Positions 26,648 to 36,522 of a DNA stretch of 64,000 nt are shown here, one piece after another (position 1 is the stretch's first letter; each line of letters starts with the position of its first letter). A model generated the notes under the pieces. The model was not told the DNA's origin, searched no databases, and saw nothing but the letters and a program-made list of their open reading frames with translations. Source of the stretch: an uncultured Acidobacteriota bacterium (GTDB lineage Bacteria > Acidobacteriota > Vicinamibacteria > Vicinamibacterales > 2-12-FULL-66-21); NCBI GenBank assembly GCA_963750915.1, contig CAVVSF010000008.1, positions 581,947 to 645,946 on the forward strand, given 5' to 3'. The translations under genes were made by a program, and so were the position numbers.

Positions 26648-28868
26648 ACCACTGCTCGGCGTCGGCGATCGGGGTCCGGTGATCTTCCTCCGACTGGACG
26701 ATGAGCGTTGGCGTCTTTACCTTGTCGGCGTACTTGATCGGCGACATGTTGATGTACGAGTCCCAGCTCTGCCACGGCGTGCCGAGGAACTCGCCCTCTG
26801 TCAGCGACTGCGCGTCCGAGGTGCCGTACCAGCTCACCCAGTTGACGATCATGCGATCGGTCTGGGCCGCCTTGAAGCGGTTCGTCTTCGTCGTGATCCA
26901 CGCCGTCATGAAGCCGCCGTACGAGCCGCCGCTGACGCCAAGCCGCGTCGCGTCGACGTCGGGCCGCGCCGCGGCGATGTCCACCGCCTTCATCAGGTCG
27001 GCGTAGTCCTCGTCGCCCCAGCGATTGCGAATCATGTTGCTGAACTCGCCGCCGTAGCCGCTCGAGCCGCGCGGGTTGGTGTAGAGCACCCACATGCCGG
27101 CGCCGGCGAGGTTCTGGAACTCGTCGAACCAGCCTTCGTTGTAGGCTGAATGCGGCCCGCCGTGGATGTAAAGAACGAGCGGATACTTCTTCCCGGGCTC
27201 GTAGCCGAACGGCTTGACCAGCCAGGCCTCGATCTCGACGTCGCCGACCGACTTGTAGGTGAAGCGCTCGTTCGGAGCCCAGGCGATCTGCTGGTTGAGC
27301 GCGGCGTTGAACGACGTCAGCTGCCGCTCCGGCGTCGCGCCGGACAGGTCGCTGATGAAGAGCTCGCCCGGCACGTCCGCCGTGCTGGCGACGTACGCGA
27401 CTTTCGTCGGCGCGGTGTCGTAGGAGAAACCGGTGATCCGCCGGCGCCCGCCAATCACTTCCTTGCGATCGCCGGTGATCGGGTTGATGCGATAGAGCGC
27501 GTTGCGGCCGCCGAGCGTCAGCTGCACCAGGGCCTGGTCGGCACGCTGCCACGCGACCGCGCCGGGATCCATCCGCAAGCCGTCGGTCAGGCTCTTCGTC
27601 GTCAGGGTCGCGACGTCGGCGGCGAAGACGTTGGTGTTGGTGCCGAGCCCGTTGTTCGCCGTGAAGGTAATGACGCGCGAATCCGGAGACCAGGTGACGC
27701 TGCTCTCGTTGCCGGGCGTCCGGATGCGCCGCGGCGCGCCGCCGGCCGCAGGCATCACGAAGAGATCCGACTGCAGCCGTTCGCGCGTCGCGGCGGTGCG
27801 CGCCGCGTCGGTCCCGAGCTTGAGAATCTCGTCGCGGACCTTCCGCAGTTCGGGATCGGGACGAAGGTCGCCGTCGGCGGCGAAGACAATCCACTTGCCA
27901 TCGGGCGAGACGGTCGCGGCGCGGTGCGAGTAGGTCGAGCTCGTGATCGCCTTGCGTCCGGCGCCGTCGAGCCGGTCGACGAGAATCTGCGTCGGCGGCT
28001 GGCCCTCGGCGGGCACGAGATCGCCGCGGCCGCGACCGCCGCCGCGTCCGGCCGGCGCGCCGGTGCTCGGGACGAAGCCGCGGCCGTTGGCCTTGTAGCG
28101 CATGTCGGTGATCTGCATGCCGTCAAACCGCGCTGGATCCAGCGGCAGCGTCACCGCGTTCACCGGCGGTCTCGCCATCGGCGGCATCTTCCCGTAGGGA
28201 TCGTTCGGGTCGCTGCCGCGGCCGCGGCCGCCGCCGCGATTCCCGCCGGCGCTCTCGACGCCGGTGTAGACCGTGAAGCTCTTGTCGGCCGGCTGGCTCG
28301 ATGCCGGCCCCTGCCCCGGGCCGCCTTGACGCCCGGAGAACTCGCCACCGCTCGTGTCCGCCTCGGCCGGCCCGTCAGACGCGGCCGTGTAAGGCGACTC
28401 GCCGCCCGGACGATCCACGCGCACCGCCCACTGCGTCGTGGTATAGCCGGGCCTCGTCGATGTGTAGATGACCTGCGTGCTGTCGGGGCTGAAGCGCGGC
28501 GCCGTGCTGTCGAACCCGGGAGCGCTGAACCTGACCGGCGCGCCACCGTCCGGCGCGGTCGCGACGACCCAGATCTCGCTCATCCGGGCATTCTTGGCTT
28601 CGACGACCGACGTCACCTGCACGGCGACGTACTTCCCGTCGGGGCTCATCACCGGCGCGGTGACGGTCTTGAGCTTGTACCAGTCGGCCGGTTCGAACGC
28701 GCGTTTCGCGCCGGGTGTCGCCGCCGGCGTCGCGGCAGCCTGTGGTGCCGCGGCCTGTGGTGCGGCAGACGGCGTCTGCGCTTTGCCCCAGGGCGCGAGC
28801 GCGGTCGCGATGAGGATGGCAACGGCCGCGACCGTCGCGCGCCGGGATGAAGGACGAACGTCGTTCAT
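26451..28868 (-). CDS. S9 family serine peptidase (prolyl oligopeptidase/dipeptidyl-peptidase type) with N-terminal beta-propeller
   Basis: From ATG 28868: MNDVRPSSRRATVAAVAILIATALA signal. Contains PD40-like repeats, the catalytic GVSGGSYGGFM, and QSEEDHRTP ... RYPRSNHDL. Confidence 0.9.
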   Translation of the reverse strand: MNDVRPSSRRATVAAVAILIATALAPWGKAQTPSAAPQAAAPQAAATPAATPGAKRAFEPADWYKLKTVTAPVMSPDGKYVAVQVTSVVEAKNARMSEIWVVATAPDGGAPVRFSAPGFDSTAPRFSPDSTQVIYTSTRPGYTTTQWAVRVDRPGGESPYTAASDGPAEADTSGGEFSGRQGGPGQGPASSQPADKSFTVYTGVESAGGNRGGGRGRGSDPNDPYGKMPPMARPPVNAVTLPLDPARFDGMQITDMRYKANGRGFVPSTGAPAGRGGGRGRGDLVPAEGQPPTQILVDRLDGAGRKAITSSTYSHRAATVSPDGKWIVFAADGDLRPDPELRKVRDEILKLGTDAARTAATRERLQSDLFVMPAAGGAPRRIRTPGNESSVTWSPDSRVITFTANNGLGTNTNVFAADVATLTTKSLTDGLRMDPGAVAWQRADQALVQLTLGGRNALYRINPITGDRKEVIGGRRRITGFSYDTAPTKVAYVASTADVPGELFISDLSGATPERQLTSFNAALNQQIAWAPNERFTYKSVGDVEIEAWLVKPFGYEPGKKYPLVLYIHGGPHSAYNEGWFDEFQNLAGAGMWVLYTNPRGSSGYGGEFSNMIRNRWGDEDYADLMKAVDIAAARPDVDATRLGVSGGSYGGFMTAWITTKTNRFKAAQTDRMIVNWVSWYGTSDAQSLTEGEFLGTPWQSWDSYINMSPIKYADKVKTPTLIVQSEEDHRTPIADAEQWFMALQKHAVRVEFVRYPRSNHDLSRTGEPWLLTDRLSRLRQWFGYWLKDEKPSRMTSPAATAGIR

Positions 28869-28977
28869 GGTCTCGTGCTCCGTGATACGCCTGCCGGCGG
28901 GATGACGAAGCCTAACATAGCAGTTCACCGCACTCGCGCTACGTCACCGGCGCCGGGCTTTGACGCATAATTGATTC

Positions 28978-29916
28978 GTGTCCAATCCGTGCACGCCCGC
29001 GACCACGCCGTTCCGCATCGCCGTCATCCAGGATCGCGCTGACGCCACCTCGCCGGGCAACCTCCGCCGCGCCGAGCGCCTCGTCCGCGACGCGGCCGGC
29101 CGCGGCGCGCAGATCATCTGCCTCAAGGAGCTCTTCAACGCGCCCTACTTCTGCAAGGCGCAGCACAGCGAGCGCTTCGATCTCGCCGAACCCATTCCCG
29201 GCCCGACGACCGAAGTCCTGCAGCGGCTCGCGAAGGATCTGGCGGTGGTTCTCGTCGTGCCGCTGTTCGAGCGCCAGGGCGCCGGCGTCTACCGCAACTC
29301 CGCCGCGGTCATCGACGCCGACGGCAGCCTGCTCGGTGTGTATCGCAAGATGCACATCCCCGACGACCCGCTCTTCTACGAGAAGTACTACTTCGCGCCC
29401 GGCGACACGGCACCGCGCGAGCAGGACACCGCCTGTGCCGCCAGCGGCTTCAAGGTGTGGCAGACGCGCTACGCGACGATCGGCGTCCTGATCTGCTGGG
29501 ATCAGTGGTATCCCGAGGCCGCCCGCATAACCAGCCTGCTCGGCGCGCAGGTGCTCTTCTACCCGACCGCCATCGGCTGGCACCCCGACGAGAAAGATGA
29601 ATGGGGCGCCGCCCAGGTCGACGCCTGGCGGACGACGCAGCGCGCCCATGCGATCGCCAACGGCGTCTACGTCGCGTCGCCGAACCGCATCGGCCACGAG
29701 GACGAGGCCGGCACCAACGGCATCACGTTCTTCGGCCAGTCGTTCATCTGCGATCCGTTCGGCCGCTACATCGCACAGGCCGGCGACGACGAACAGGTCC
29801 TGGTCGCCGACTGCGACCCGGCGCTGATCGAAACGGTGCGGCGCAACTGGCCGTTCCTCCGCGACCGGCGGATCGACGCCTACGATCCGATCCTCAACCG
29901 GTATCTCGGCTCGTGA
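28978..29916 (+). CDS. aguB: N-carbamoylputrescine amidase (carbon-nitrogen hydrolase family)
   Basis: 312 aa with FRIAVIQ, IICLKELFNAPYFC, YRKMHIPDDPLFYEKYYFAPGD and VLICWDQWYPEAAR (catalytic Cys context). Confidence 0.8.
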   Translation: MSNPCTPATTPFRIAVIQDRADATSPGNLRRAERLVRDAAGRGAQIICLKELFNAPYFCKAQHSERFDLAEPIPGPTTEVLQRLAKDLAVVLVVPLFERQGAGVYRNSAAVIDADGSLLGVYRKMHIPDDPLFYEKYYFAPGDTAPREQDTACAASGFKVWQTRYATIGVLICWDQWYPEAARITSLLGAQVLFYPTAIGWHPDEKDEWGAAQVDAWRTTQRAHAIANGVYVASPNRIGHEDEAGTNGITFFGQSFICDPFGRYIAQAGDDEQVLVADCDPALIETVRRNWPFLRDRRIDAYDPILNRYLGS

Positions 29917-30974
29917 TCGCGCCGCGCGTGCGGATGCCGGCCGAGTGGGAGCCGCACCGCGCCACCTGGATCAGCTGGCCGCACCACGAGCCCGACTGGC
30001 CGGGCAAGCTCGGCCCGATCCCGTGGGTCTACGCCGAGATCGCGCGCGTCCTCGCGGCGCACGAACGGGTCGAGATTCTCTGCGCCTCGGACGAAGTTCA
30101 CGCCGGCGCCCAGGCGGTGCTCAGCGCACATGTCGTCCCCCTCGATCGGGTCGGTCTCCACATCCTGCCCACCGACCGCGGCTGGCTGCGCGACTCGGCG
30201 CCCACCGGCGTCCTCGACGCGGACGGCAACGTCCGGCTCCTGTCGTGGGACTTCAACGCCTGGGCCAAGTACGACAACTACTCGGATGACCAGCGCGTCG
30301 GCCGCACCATCGCCGGCATCACCGGCCTGCCGCTCGAGGAACCGCGCCGCGACGACACCGGCGGCCGCATCGTGCTCGAAGGCGGCGGCATCGAGGTCAA
30401 CGGCCGCGGCCTGATGCTCGTCACCGAGGAGTGGCTGCTGAGCGACGTCCAGGTCCGCAACCCGGGCCTCGGCCGTGCCGACTACGAGACGCTGTTCGGA
30501 AAGTGGCTCGGCATCAGCGAGACGATCTGGCTCGGTGAAGGCTGTGTCGGCGACGACACCCACGGCCACATCGACGACGTCGCCCGCTTCGTCGCCGACG
30601 ACGTCGTCGTGCTCGCGGTCGAAGAAGACCCGGCCGACGACAACCACTCGCGCTCGATGGACAACCTGCGGCGGCTCGAGCTGGCCAGGCCGGCAGCGGG
30701 TCCGCTGCGGATCGAAACGCTGCCCTTCCCGCGGCCGGTGATGATGAACGGCGAGCGGCTGCCGGCAAGCTACGCCAACTTCTATATCGCCAACGGCGTC
30801 GTGCTCGTGCCGACGTTCAACGACCCGAAGGATCGCGTCGCGCTGAACACCCTGGCTCGACTGCTGCCATCGCACGAGATCGTCGGCATCCATTCCGTCG
30901 ACCTCGTCTGGGGCCTCGGCACGCTGCACTGCCTCAGCCAGCAGGAGCCGGCGCCGCAGCCGCCGGCGACGTAG
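29913..30974 (+). CDS. aguA: Agmatine deiminase
   Basis: The GTG at 29913 overlaps the aguB stop (GTGA); an alternative ATG is at 29934. Contains RMPAEWEPHRATWISWPH, GGGIEVNGRGLMLVTEEWLL, DDTHGHIDDVARF and the C-terminal GLGTLHCLSQQ (catalytic Cys). Confidence 0.9.
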   Translation: MIAPRVRMPAEWEPHRATWISWPHHEPDWPGKLGPIPWVYAEIARVLAAHERVEILCASDEVHAGAQAVLSAHVVPLDRVGLHILPTDRGWLRDSAPTGVLDADGNVRLLSWDFNAWAKYDNYSDDQRVGRTIAGITGLPLEEPRRDDTGGRIVLEGGGIEVNGRGLMLVTEEWLLSDVQVRNPGLGRADYETLFGKWLGISETIWLGEGCVGDDTHGHIDDVARFVADDVVVLAVEEDPADDNHSRSMDNLRRLELARPAAGPLRIETLPFPRPVMMNGERLPASYANFYIANGVVLVPTFNDPKDRVALNTLARLLPSHEIVGIHSVDLVWGLGTLHCLSQQEPAPQPPAT

Positions 30975-31015
30975 CGACGCACTGCCGACAGCGTGCTGCA
31001 GAAGAAGTAGGCGCC

Positions 31016-31477
31016 TCAGAACTTCGTGAGCGCCAGCCTGGCGACTGCCGCCGCCCATGGCGATCGGTCGGCCGTCACCTGCACCGTCGCTTTGCCGCGG
31101 CGTCGTGCCGTCAACTGCACGCGCTTCGTCTCGGGGTCGGTGGTCTCGAACGCTTCGTCACTGAAGGGGCCGAGATCTCTCACCGCGACGGGCGCCGTGG
31201 CGGACTTGCGGAAGTCGTCGTAGTCCGCCGCCGGATTGACCCAGAGCACGAGCGCCCGGCGGGCGCCGTCGATCTCGAGACCGTAAACGCAGCGCGCGGC
31301 CGCGAGCCCCTTCGAGTTGATCGGGCGCGACTCGAGGGCGCGCCCCGCGACCGCCGCCGCGACCTCGTCGATCGGTACACGCTCGCAGACGTTGACCGAT
31401 TCAAACGATGTCGGCTGCGCCGCTGGAACCCCGCCGCCAAGCAGCGCAATCGCAACCATCGCCCGCAACATAACCAT
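31016..31477 (-). CDS. Hypothetical secreted protein
   Basis: 153-aa ORF with a signal-like N-terminus (MLRAMVAIALLGGGVPAAQ). GGAGGG lies upstream and ATG 31471 has the better spacing. I did not recognise a family. Confidence 0.5.
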   Translation of the reverse strand: MVMLRAMVAIALLGGGVPAAQPTSFESVNVCERVPIDEVAAAVAGRALESRPINSKGLAAARCVYGLEIDGARRALVLWVNPAADYDDFRKSATAPVAVRDLGPFSDEAFETTDPETKRVQLTARRRGKATVQVTADRSPWAAAVARLALTKF

Positions 31478-31651
31478 CCCTCCACGCGTCCGGCGTCGTT
31501 CGAATCTGCGGCTCAGCTGGCGCTGCCGCAGTGGTCACGCCCGGCTCTTTGCGCCATCGTTACAGTTCCGCCATCATCCCGCCAGGCGCCTGCTGATATA
31601 TAACGCAATCTCACCGTTGGCTGTCCGCTGATCGCTGATCAAGGAGTCGTC

Positions 31652-31900
31652 GTGATCACTCGCCGGTTGCTTGCATTCTCCGCCGTCGCGGTCACCGGCT
31701 CGCTGCTGCAGCAGGGTCTGGCCGGACTGACGTCGCCGGACTGGCAGATCGTAGATTCGCGACGAGTGATGCTGCGGTCAGAGTTCTCGCTGCGCGCCGA
31801 CGGCCGCGTTTACAGCGTCCGCATCACGGCAACGGATGCCGCCGGCGGCAACACGTCGGAGACGGTGACCGTGACAGTGCCACGACTCATCGGGTGGTGA
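31652..31900 (+). CDS. Small hypothetical protein with Ig-like fragment
   Basis: GTG start preceded by AAGGAG at 6-nt spacing. Signal-like N-terminus, then YSVRITATDAAGGNTSETVTVTVP, which resembles a single Ig/cadherin-like strand pair. Confidence 0.4.
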   Translation: MITRRLLAFSAVAVTGSLLQQGLAGLTSPDWQIVDSRRVMLRSEFSLRADGRVYSVRITATDAAGGNTSETVTVTVPRLIGW

Positions 31901-31925
31901 GGGAGTCGGCGGTGTTCGGAACTCG

Positions 31926-32008
31926 GCGGAGCTGAAGCTCCGCCCTACGTACCCCTCGTAGGTAGCGCAGCGTCAGGAATCCTCGTAGGGCGGAGCTTCA
32001 GCTCCGCC
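31926..32008. repeat. Perfect 25-bp inverted repeat pair GGCGGAGCTGAAGCTCCGCCCTACG / CGTAGGGCGGAGCTTCAGCTCCGCC
   Basis: 31926-31950 and 31984-32008 are exact reverse complements. Each arm is itself a small hairpin (GGCGGAGC-TGAA-GCTCCGCC). Confidence 0.75.
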
Positions 32009-32054
32009 AGTTGCGACGCAGCCGAATGCTCCACGCGCGATACGGACACGGATG

Positions 32055-32158
32055 CACGACGGACACGAAGAACACGAGGTCCACGATGAAGGCCGGTGGT
32101 CGGAATACGAGACAGACACCACGGCCTCGTGGTCTTCGTGTCCGTTGTGTCCGTCGTG
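32055..32158. repeat. Long imperfect hairpin built from GGACACG / CACGAAGAMCACGAGG motifs
   Basis: cacgacggacacgaagaacacgagg (32055-32079) faces cctcgtggtcttcgtgtccgttgtgtccgtcgtg (32125-32158). Confidence 0.65.
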
Positions 32159-32221
32159 AATTCGTCGTCGCGTCTTAAACTAGGGCAGAGCTTCAACCCC
32201 GTCGGAATCCATCCCGCAGCG

Positions 32222-33046
32222 TTAAGACGGTCGTTGGGGTGTGGTGACTTCCCGCATGTATCGCGCGGAGCGTCTGATGCCGAGCCACCCGAAGCAGCAA
32301 TAGGTCATCATCCAGAACGCTTCGCCGCCCGCGATCGTTCCGAGCAAGACCAGCGTCGCGAACAGTGCAGCATTCCAGGTCATGACTTCGCGGGCGCCAA
32401 TGCGTGAGCCGTCGATGTAACCCGGCGAGCGGAAGGATCGGTAGGCGCCTCGCACGGCGCGATACGCCAGGCGTCCGCCGCCTGCGAGCGGCACACCAAT
32501 GACGTAGAGAAAGACGAGTTTCTCAGAAGGTGACGCGATTCCCAGCCACAGGGTCATTTCGGCGACGAAGTATGCCGCCGCGACAATGATCATCGCGCCG
32601 ACGAACTGGCCGAACGAGAGCGCGACGCGGTCGAATCCGCTGGCCGGCCGCGGCAGGCGTCCATCGGAGGAGGACGAAAACATGACGACGTATAAGGTCC
32701 AGAAGAACCCTGATGGCCTCATCGACCAGGGCCACGGAATGCCCAGGAGACCGAGCGCGAGCACGGTCAGCCCGATCAGTGTGAGAAGCGCGCCCGTTTC
32801 ATGGAAGAACTCGCGTGCGTTCGCCGGGCCGACAGTCTTGAGCGTCGCGTCCGGCTCGGCCTGACCGCGCCACAGCGCCATCAGCACGCGCGCGCGTTCG
32901 ACTGACGCGGCGCCAACGACGTCGATCGAGGCGCGCCACGTCAGCCCGGTATCGGCGATCAGCGCGAGGAACTCGTCGCCGTAGCGCGCCCGCCAGGTGC
33001 GCGGGTAGAGGCGGAGGAGCGCTCGAGCGAGGCGATCGTCAGACAT
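32222..33046 (-). CDS. PadR-associated integral membrane protein
   Basis: 274 aa. The N-terminal cytoplasmic segment (LLRLYPRTWRARYGDEFLALI) is followed by several TM helices. The start overlaps the PadR stop by 8 nt (ATGTCTGA). Confidence 0.6.
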   Translation of the reverse strand: MSDDRLARALLRLYPRTWRARYGDEFLALIADTGLTWRASIDVVGAASVERARVLMALWRGQAEPDATLKTVGPANAREFFHETGALLTLIGLTVLALGLLGIPWPWSMRPSGFFWTLYVVMFSSSSDGRLPRPASGFDRVALSFGQFVGAMIIVAAAYFVAEMTLWLGIASPSEKLVFLYVIGVPLAGGGRLAYRAVRGAYRSFRSPGYIDGSRIGAREVMTWNAALFATLVLLGTIAGGEAFWMMTYCCFGWLGIRRSARYMREVTTPQRPS

Positions 33047-33365
33047 CCGCCAGCCTCGCCTGGGCGGCGCGGGTCATCGCGCGCAGCGTGGCGAGCCGCG
33101 CTCGCAGCACGGCAGCGCCCGCCGACGTGAGCTTGTAGGGACGACGACGATCTTCGGGGGGGAGCGGCTCGATCCACTTCGCCGCTTCGAGGCGCGTGAT
33201 CGCGCCGTAGAGCGTGCCCGGGCCGAGCTTCTGGCCGGCGACGTGCTCGATGTCCTGCGCCATCGCGTAGCCGTGCTTCGGCCCGTCGGCGAGCGAGATC
33301 AACACCAGGAGCGCCGGCTCCGAGAAGCGGCCGAGGTCCTGGAGGGAGTCCTGTTTCTTCGCCAT
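33039..33365 (-). CDS. PadR family transcriptional regulator
   Basis: 108 aa with LLVLISLADGPKHGYAMAQDIEHVAGQKLGPGTLYGAITRLEAAKWIE...YKLTSAG, a winged-helix PadR signature. Confidence 0.9.
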   Translation of the reverse strand: MAKKQDSLQDLGRFSEPALLVLISLADGPKHGYAMAQDIEHVAGQKLGPGTLYGAITRLEAAKWIEPLPPEDRRRPYKLTSAGAAVLRARLATLRAMTRAAQARLADV

Positions 33366-33423
33366 CGCGTTGGCGAGATTATTACGCAGGAGTAGAGTGC
33401 AAGCGGCCCCGGAGGGGCCCGCG

Positions 33424-34698
33424 TCAGCGCGACGCCATCTGCCACAGGCTCCACTGGCCGCTGCGGCGGCTGTGGAAAGCGACCTGACGGCCGTCAGGCG
33501 ACCACGCGAACTCCTCGGCCGAGGCGTCGTCGAGGATGCGCCGCATCTCGCCGTTCGCGACTTCGAGCAGCCAGCCGCCGTCGCGGTGAACCTGGAAGAT
33601 GATCCAGCGCCCGTCCGGCGACACTGCCGGAGTACGGACCAGTCGTCCCTTTCGCGGCGAATCGTAGCGTGTCGTCCGCCCGGACACGAGGTCGAGGATC
33701 AGCAGGCGGTCCTCGTGGCTGTAGGCGAGACGGCGGCCGTCCGGGAACCACGCTCCGCCCCAGACCTGGCCGTGGCGATGGTTGGTGTGCCGCACCGTGG
33801 CGCCGGAAGCGAGGTCGAGGGTCCACAGGTTCCAGACGTCGGGACGACCCGGCTCATCGCGGAGGAAGGCAAGGCGGCCGCCATCCGGCGACCAGCTCGG
33901 CACTGCCGCGAAGCCGTCGCCGGTGACGCGGCGGACGTCGGTGCCGTCGGCGCGGGCGACGTAGATGCCGCGGACGCCGTCGCGATCCGAGTCGAAGGCG
34001 ATGGCCCGGCCGTCGGGCGACAGCCGCACGTGGTAGTTCTTCGCCTTGTCGTCGGCAATCGTCGCGACGTGCAGGACACCGTTCTCGCCGCGGTCGGCGC
34101 GCTTCAGGGCGCTGCCCGCCGCGGTCTCGGCATGAAAGAAGACGGCCGTGCCGCCTGATTCGAACGACGGCGAGAAGACCTTCTCGGCATCGACCTCTGC
34201 TTCGTCGATGAGCGGCCGCGGGGTTGCGCCGGCGGTCGCCACGGGAATGTCGTCCGCGGTCGGTGTCGTGACCGGCGGTGGCGGCAGCGGCCGTGCCGTA
34301 GCCGGCTGGGCCGTGCCGGCTCTCGCAGCCGATCCGTCGGACCCGCCCATGGCGGGAGGAACGGGCGCCGGCGCCGTGTCGGTCTTCGACGTGGAGCGGT
34401 CTGCCGGTGGTCCGGCCGGAACAAGTCCTGTCGTTCCGTGCGTCGAGACGACGACGTCGGTCGATTCCGCCGGTCGGAGGCGCGCGACGTCTGGCGAAAG
34501 TACGAAGCCGGCTGCTACTGCTCCGCCCGCGAGCATCGCTGCTACGGCGGCCGCGCGCCAGGACCGGCGGGAGCGACGCTCGCCGGCACCGAGACGGTCA
34601 GCGAATGCCGGGCGCCCTGGCGCGGCCGACGCCGGGTCGGCAGACGCCGTCTGCGTACTCGTCGTCCCGAAAAAGTTCGATTTCGGCCGCTGGTTCAT
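33424..34698 (-). CDS. Membrane-anchored TolB-like (PD40/WD40 beta-propeller) periplasmic protein
   Basis: Repeated DGRxIAF/SPDGxxLAF motifs (LSPDGRAIAFDSDRDG, SWSPDGGRLAFL, FPDGRRLAYS, VSPDGRWIIFQ, WSPDGRQVAFHS). A TM anchor (AAVAAMLAGGAVAAGFVL) and a Pro/Ala-rich linker precede them. The start may be 34698 or the internal ATG 34536. Confidence 0.8.
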   Translation of the reverse strand: MNQRPKSNFFGTTSTQTASADPASAAPGRPAFADRLGAGERRSRRSWRAAAVAAMLAGGAVAAGFVLSPDVARLRPAESTDVVVSTHGTTGLVPAGPPADRSTSKTDTAPAPVPPAMGGSDGSAARAGTAQPATARPLPPPPVTTPTADDIPVATAGATPRPLIDEAEVDAEKVFSPSFESGGTAVFFHAETAAGSALKRADRGENGVLHVATIADDKAKNYHVRLSPDGRAIAFDSDRDGVRGIYVARADGTDVRRVTGDGFAAVPSWSPDGGRLAFLRDEPGRPDVWNLWTLDLASGATVRHTNHRHGQVWGGAWFPDGRRLAYSHEDRLLILDLVSGRTTRYDSPRKGRLVRTPAVSPDGRWIIFQVHRDGGWLLEVANGEMRRILDDASAEEFAWSPDGRQVAFHSRRSGQWSLWQMASR

Positions 34699-35257
34699 CG
34701 TGTGCGTCGGCTCCAGCGTCGGCAGCCGCCACGGCCTTCACTGGCTCCGGCGTCGCCGCCGTCACGGCCAGGCCGGCTACGACCGCGGCCGGGTCCGCCG
34801 GTGCGAACCGCGCCAGCGCTGCTGCCAGGCCTTCGAGCGAAAGGCTCGGTGGCGCATCCATGCGGCCCGTTGCCCGCGCCCCGAGAACCACCAGTTCCCG
34901 CGGGAACCGGGCCGGCCCGTGCCGACGAACCTCGGCGAGGAGTGTCCCGAGCAGATCGACGACGCCGCGAACCGTGGGCACAAATCCGTCGGACAGCGTG
35001 ACGTCGCCGCTGCGATGGACGAACACATCGTCGAGAGTGAAGAGCTGCGATGCCGCCGGAGGCAGCTCCGCCGGAGGCAGCGCGCAGAGACGCGTCGCAA
35101 TGGCCGTCGCCGTCTCGACGTCGATTACTGTCGAGGCGATTACCTGGCTCAGCGGGATACCGATGGATGAGTGCACGCGCCGATTGATGCGAAACTCAGG
35201 CCACAGTCGCGGCGGGAATTTGCTAACGAAGGCGCTGAGGGGTCTGTGCGTTGGCAA
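34598..35257 (-). CDS. Hypothetical protein (start uncertain; overlaps the next gene by about 100 nt as drawn)
   Basis: 219-aa ORF between the SET gene and the PD40 gene on the same strand. I did not recognise a family. TTG 35257 and GTG 35176 are candidate starts. Confidence 0.35.
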   Translation of the reverse strand: MPTHRPLSAFVSKFPPRLWPEFRINRRVHSSIGIPLSQVIASTVIDVETATAIATRLCALPPAELPPAASQLFTLDDVFVHRSGDVTLSDGFVPTVRGVVDLLGTLLAEVRRHGPARFPRELVVLGARATGRMDAPPSLSLEGLAAALARFAPADPAAVVAGLAVTAATPEPVKAVAAADAGADAHDEPAAEIELFRDDEYADGVCRPGVGRARAPGIR

Positions 35258-35302
35258 ATGCAGGACACGTCATCCGTTTCGGTTCGCCGCGGAGAGACAG
35301 CG

Positions 35303-35710
35303 CTACAGCACGCGTTTGCAGCGCCGCGTGCATCGGCACTGGATCTTCGCCCACCCCTCGGTGTTGTAGTCGTAGGTCAGCTCTTCGCCTTTGCGAATCC
35401 GGCGTGAGGCGCGAATCCAGATCGTGTGGCCGACGATGTCGACGTAGCAGTTGGGCCCGCAGGCGTGATTGATGTAGCGGGCGATGTTCCCGCCGACGGC
35501 CGCATCCCTCACCCACCGCGAGTTGATGTTGAAGATCCAGATGCGCTGGCGCCGCAGGTACCGATCCTCCCGCCGCGAGCCCTCGGCCTGCGACACCAGT
35601 TCGCCCTTGTATTGCACGATGTGGGTGTCTTCCTCGATCGTCTGGCCGGCGTAGACACCCCAGCCGGAGATTACTGAACGTCGGCGCACGAGGCGCGGCA
35701 GTTCGGCCAC
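35303..35710 (-). CDS. SET-domain protein (putative protein-lysine methyltransferase)
   Basis: 135 aa with GWGVYAGQTIEEDTHIVQYKGELV, NIARYINHACGPNCY (NHxCxPN), GEELTYDY and the Cys-rich post-SET CRCTRRC. Confidence 0.85.
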   Translation of the reverse strand: MAELPRLVRRRSVISGWGVYAGQTIEEDTHIVQYKGELVSQAEGSRREDRYLRRQRIWIFNINSRWVRDAAVGGNIARYINHACGPNCYVDIVGHTIWIRASRRIRKGEELTYDYNTEGWAKIQCRCTRRCKRVL

Positions 35711-35724
35711 GAGTGCAACCTCGC

Positions 35725-36522
35725 TCAGCTGTTGTCGCCGTCGAGCAGGCCGCCGAGACCGCCGAGAATCGACCCTTCCTCGCGGCCGCCGCGGCCGATC
35801 CCCGGGACCGCGGCGATGATGCGGTTCGCCATCCGGCTGAGCGGCAGCGACTGCAGCCAGATCCGGCCCGGCCCGGTCAGCGTCGCGAAGAACAACCCTT
35901 CCCCGCCGAACAGCGCCGACTTCACCTTGCCGACGAACTGGATGTCGTAGTTGACCGACGGCTGGAACGCGACGATGCAGCCAGTGTCGACGCGGAGCGT
36001 TTCGCCCGGCTTGAGGGTGCGCTCGAGCAGCGTACCGCCGGCGTGGACGAACGCCCAGCCGTCGCCCTGCAGCCGCTGCATGATGAAGCCTTCACCGCCG
36101 AAGAGACCGGTGCCGAGCTTGCGCTGGAACGCGATGCCAATCGAGACGCCCTTGGCGGCGGCGAGGAACGAGTCCTTCTGGGTAATCAGCTCGCCGCCGA
36201 TCTCGGCGAGGTGGATGGCGACGATCTTCCCTGGATAGGGCGCGCCGAACGCGAGCCGCTTCTTCTCCTGGCTGCGATTGAGGAAGACGGTCATGAAGAG
36301 CGACTCGCCGGTGAGCAGCCGCTTGCCGGCGCCCATCAGCGCGCCGAGGAACCCGCCCTGCCCTGCCTGCTTCGAGCCGTCGCCGAAGATGGTCTCCATC
36401 TCGATCCCGTGCTCCATGTACATCATGCCGCCGGCCTCGGCGACCGTGGCTTCATCGGGATCGAGCTCGACTTCGACGAACTGCAGGTCCTCACCGAAGA
36501 TCTTGTATTCAATCTCATGCAT
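35725..36522 (-). CDS. AIM24 / DUF124 (TIGR00266) family protein
   Basis: [49 protein letters not shown]...GESLFMTVF...[22 protein letters not shown]. The start is ATG 36522 or 36531. Confidence 0.8.
   Translation of the reverse strand: MHEIEYKIFGEDLQFVEVELDPDEATVAEAGGMMYMEHGIEMETIFGDGSKQAGQGGFLGALMGAGKRLLTGESLFMTVFLNRSQEKKRLAFGAPYPGKIVAIHLAEIGGELITQKDSFLAAAKGVSIGIAFQRKLGTGLFGGEGFIMQRLQGDGWAFVHAGGTLLERTLKPGETLRVDTGCIVAFQPSVNYDIQFVGKVKSALFGGEGLFFATLTGPGRIWLQSLPLSRMANRIIAAVPGIGRGGREEGSILGGLGGLLDGDNS

Noticed and set aside
33424-35257. Possibility that ORFs 34598..35257 and 33424..34698 are one frameshifted gene (they overlap by 101 nt).
   Set aside because: I cannot support this. The upstream ORF has no recognisable family to anchor a frame comparison. 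An internal ATG at 34536 gives a normal signal-anchor start after a 61-nt gap. The two are left as separate, low-confidence calls.
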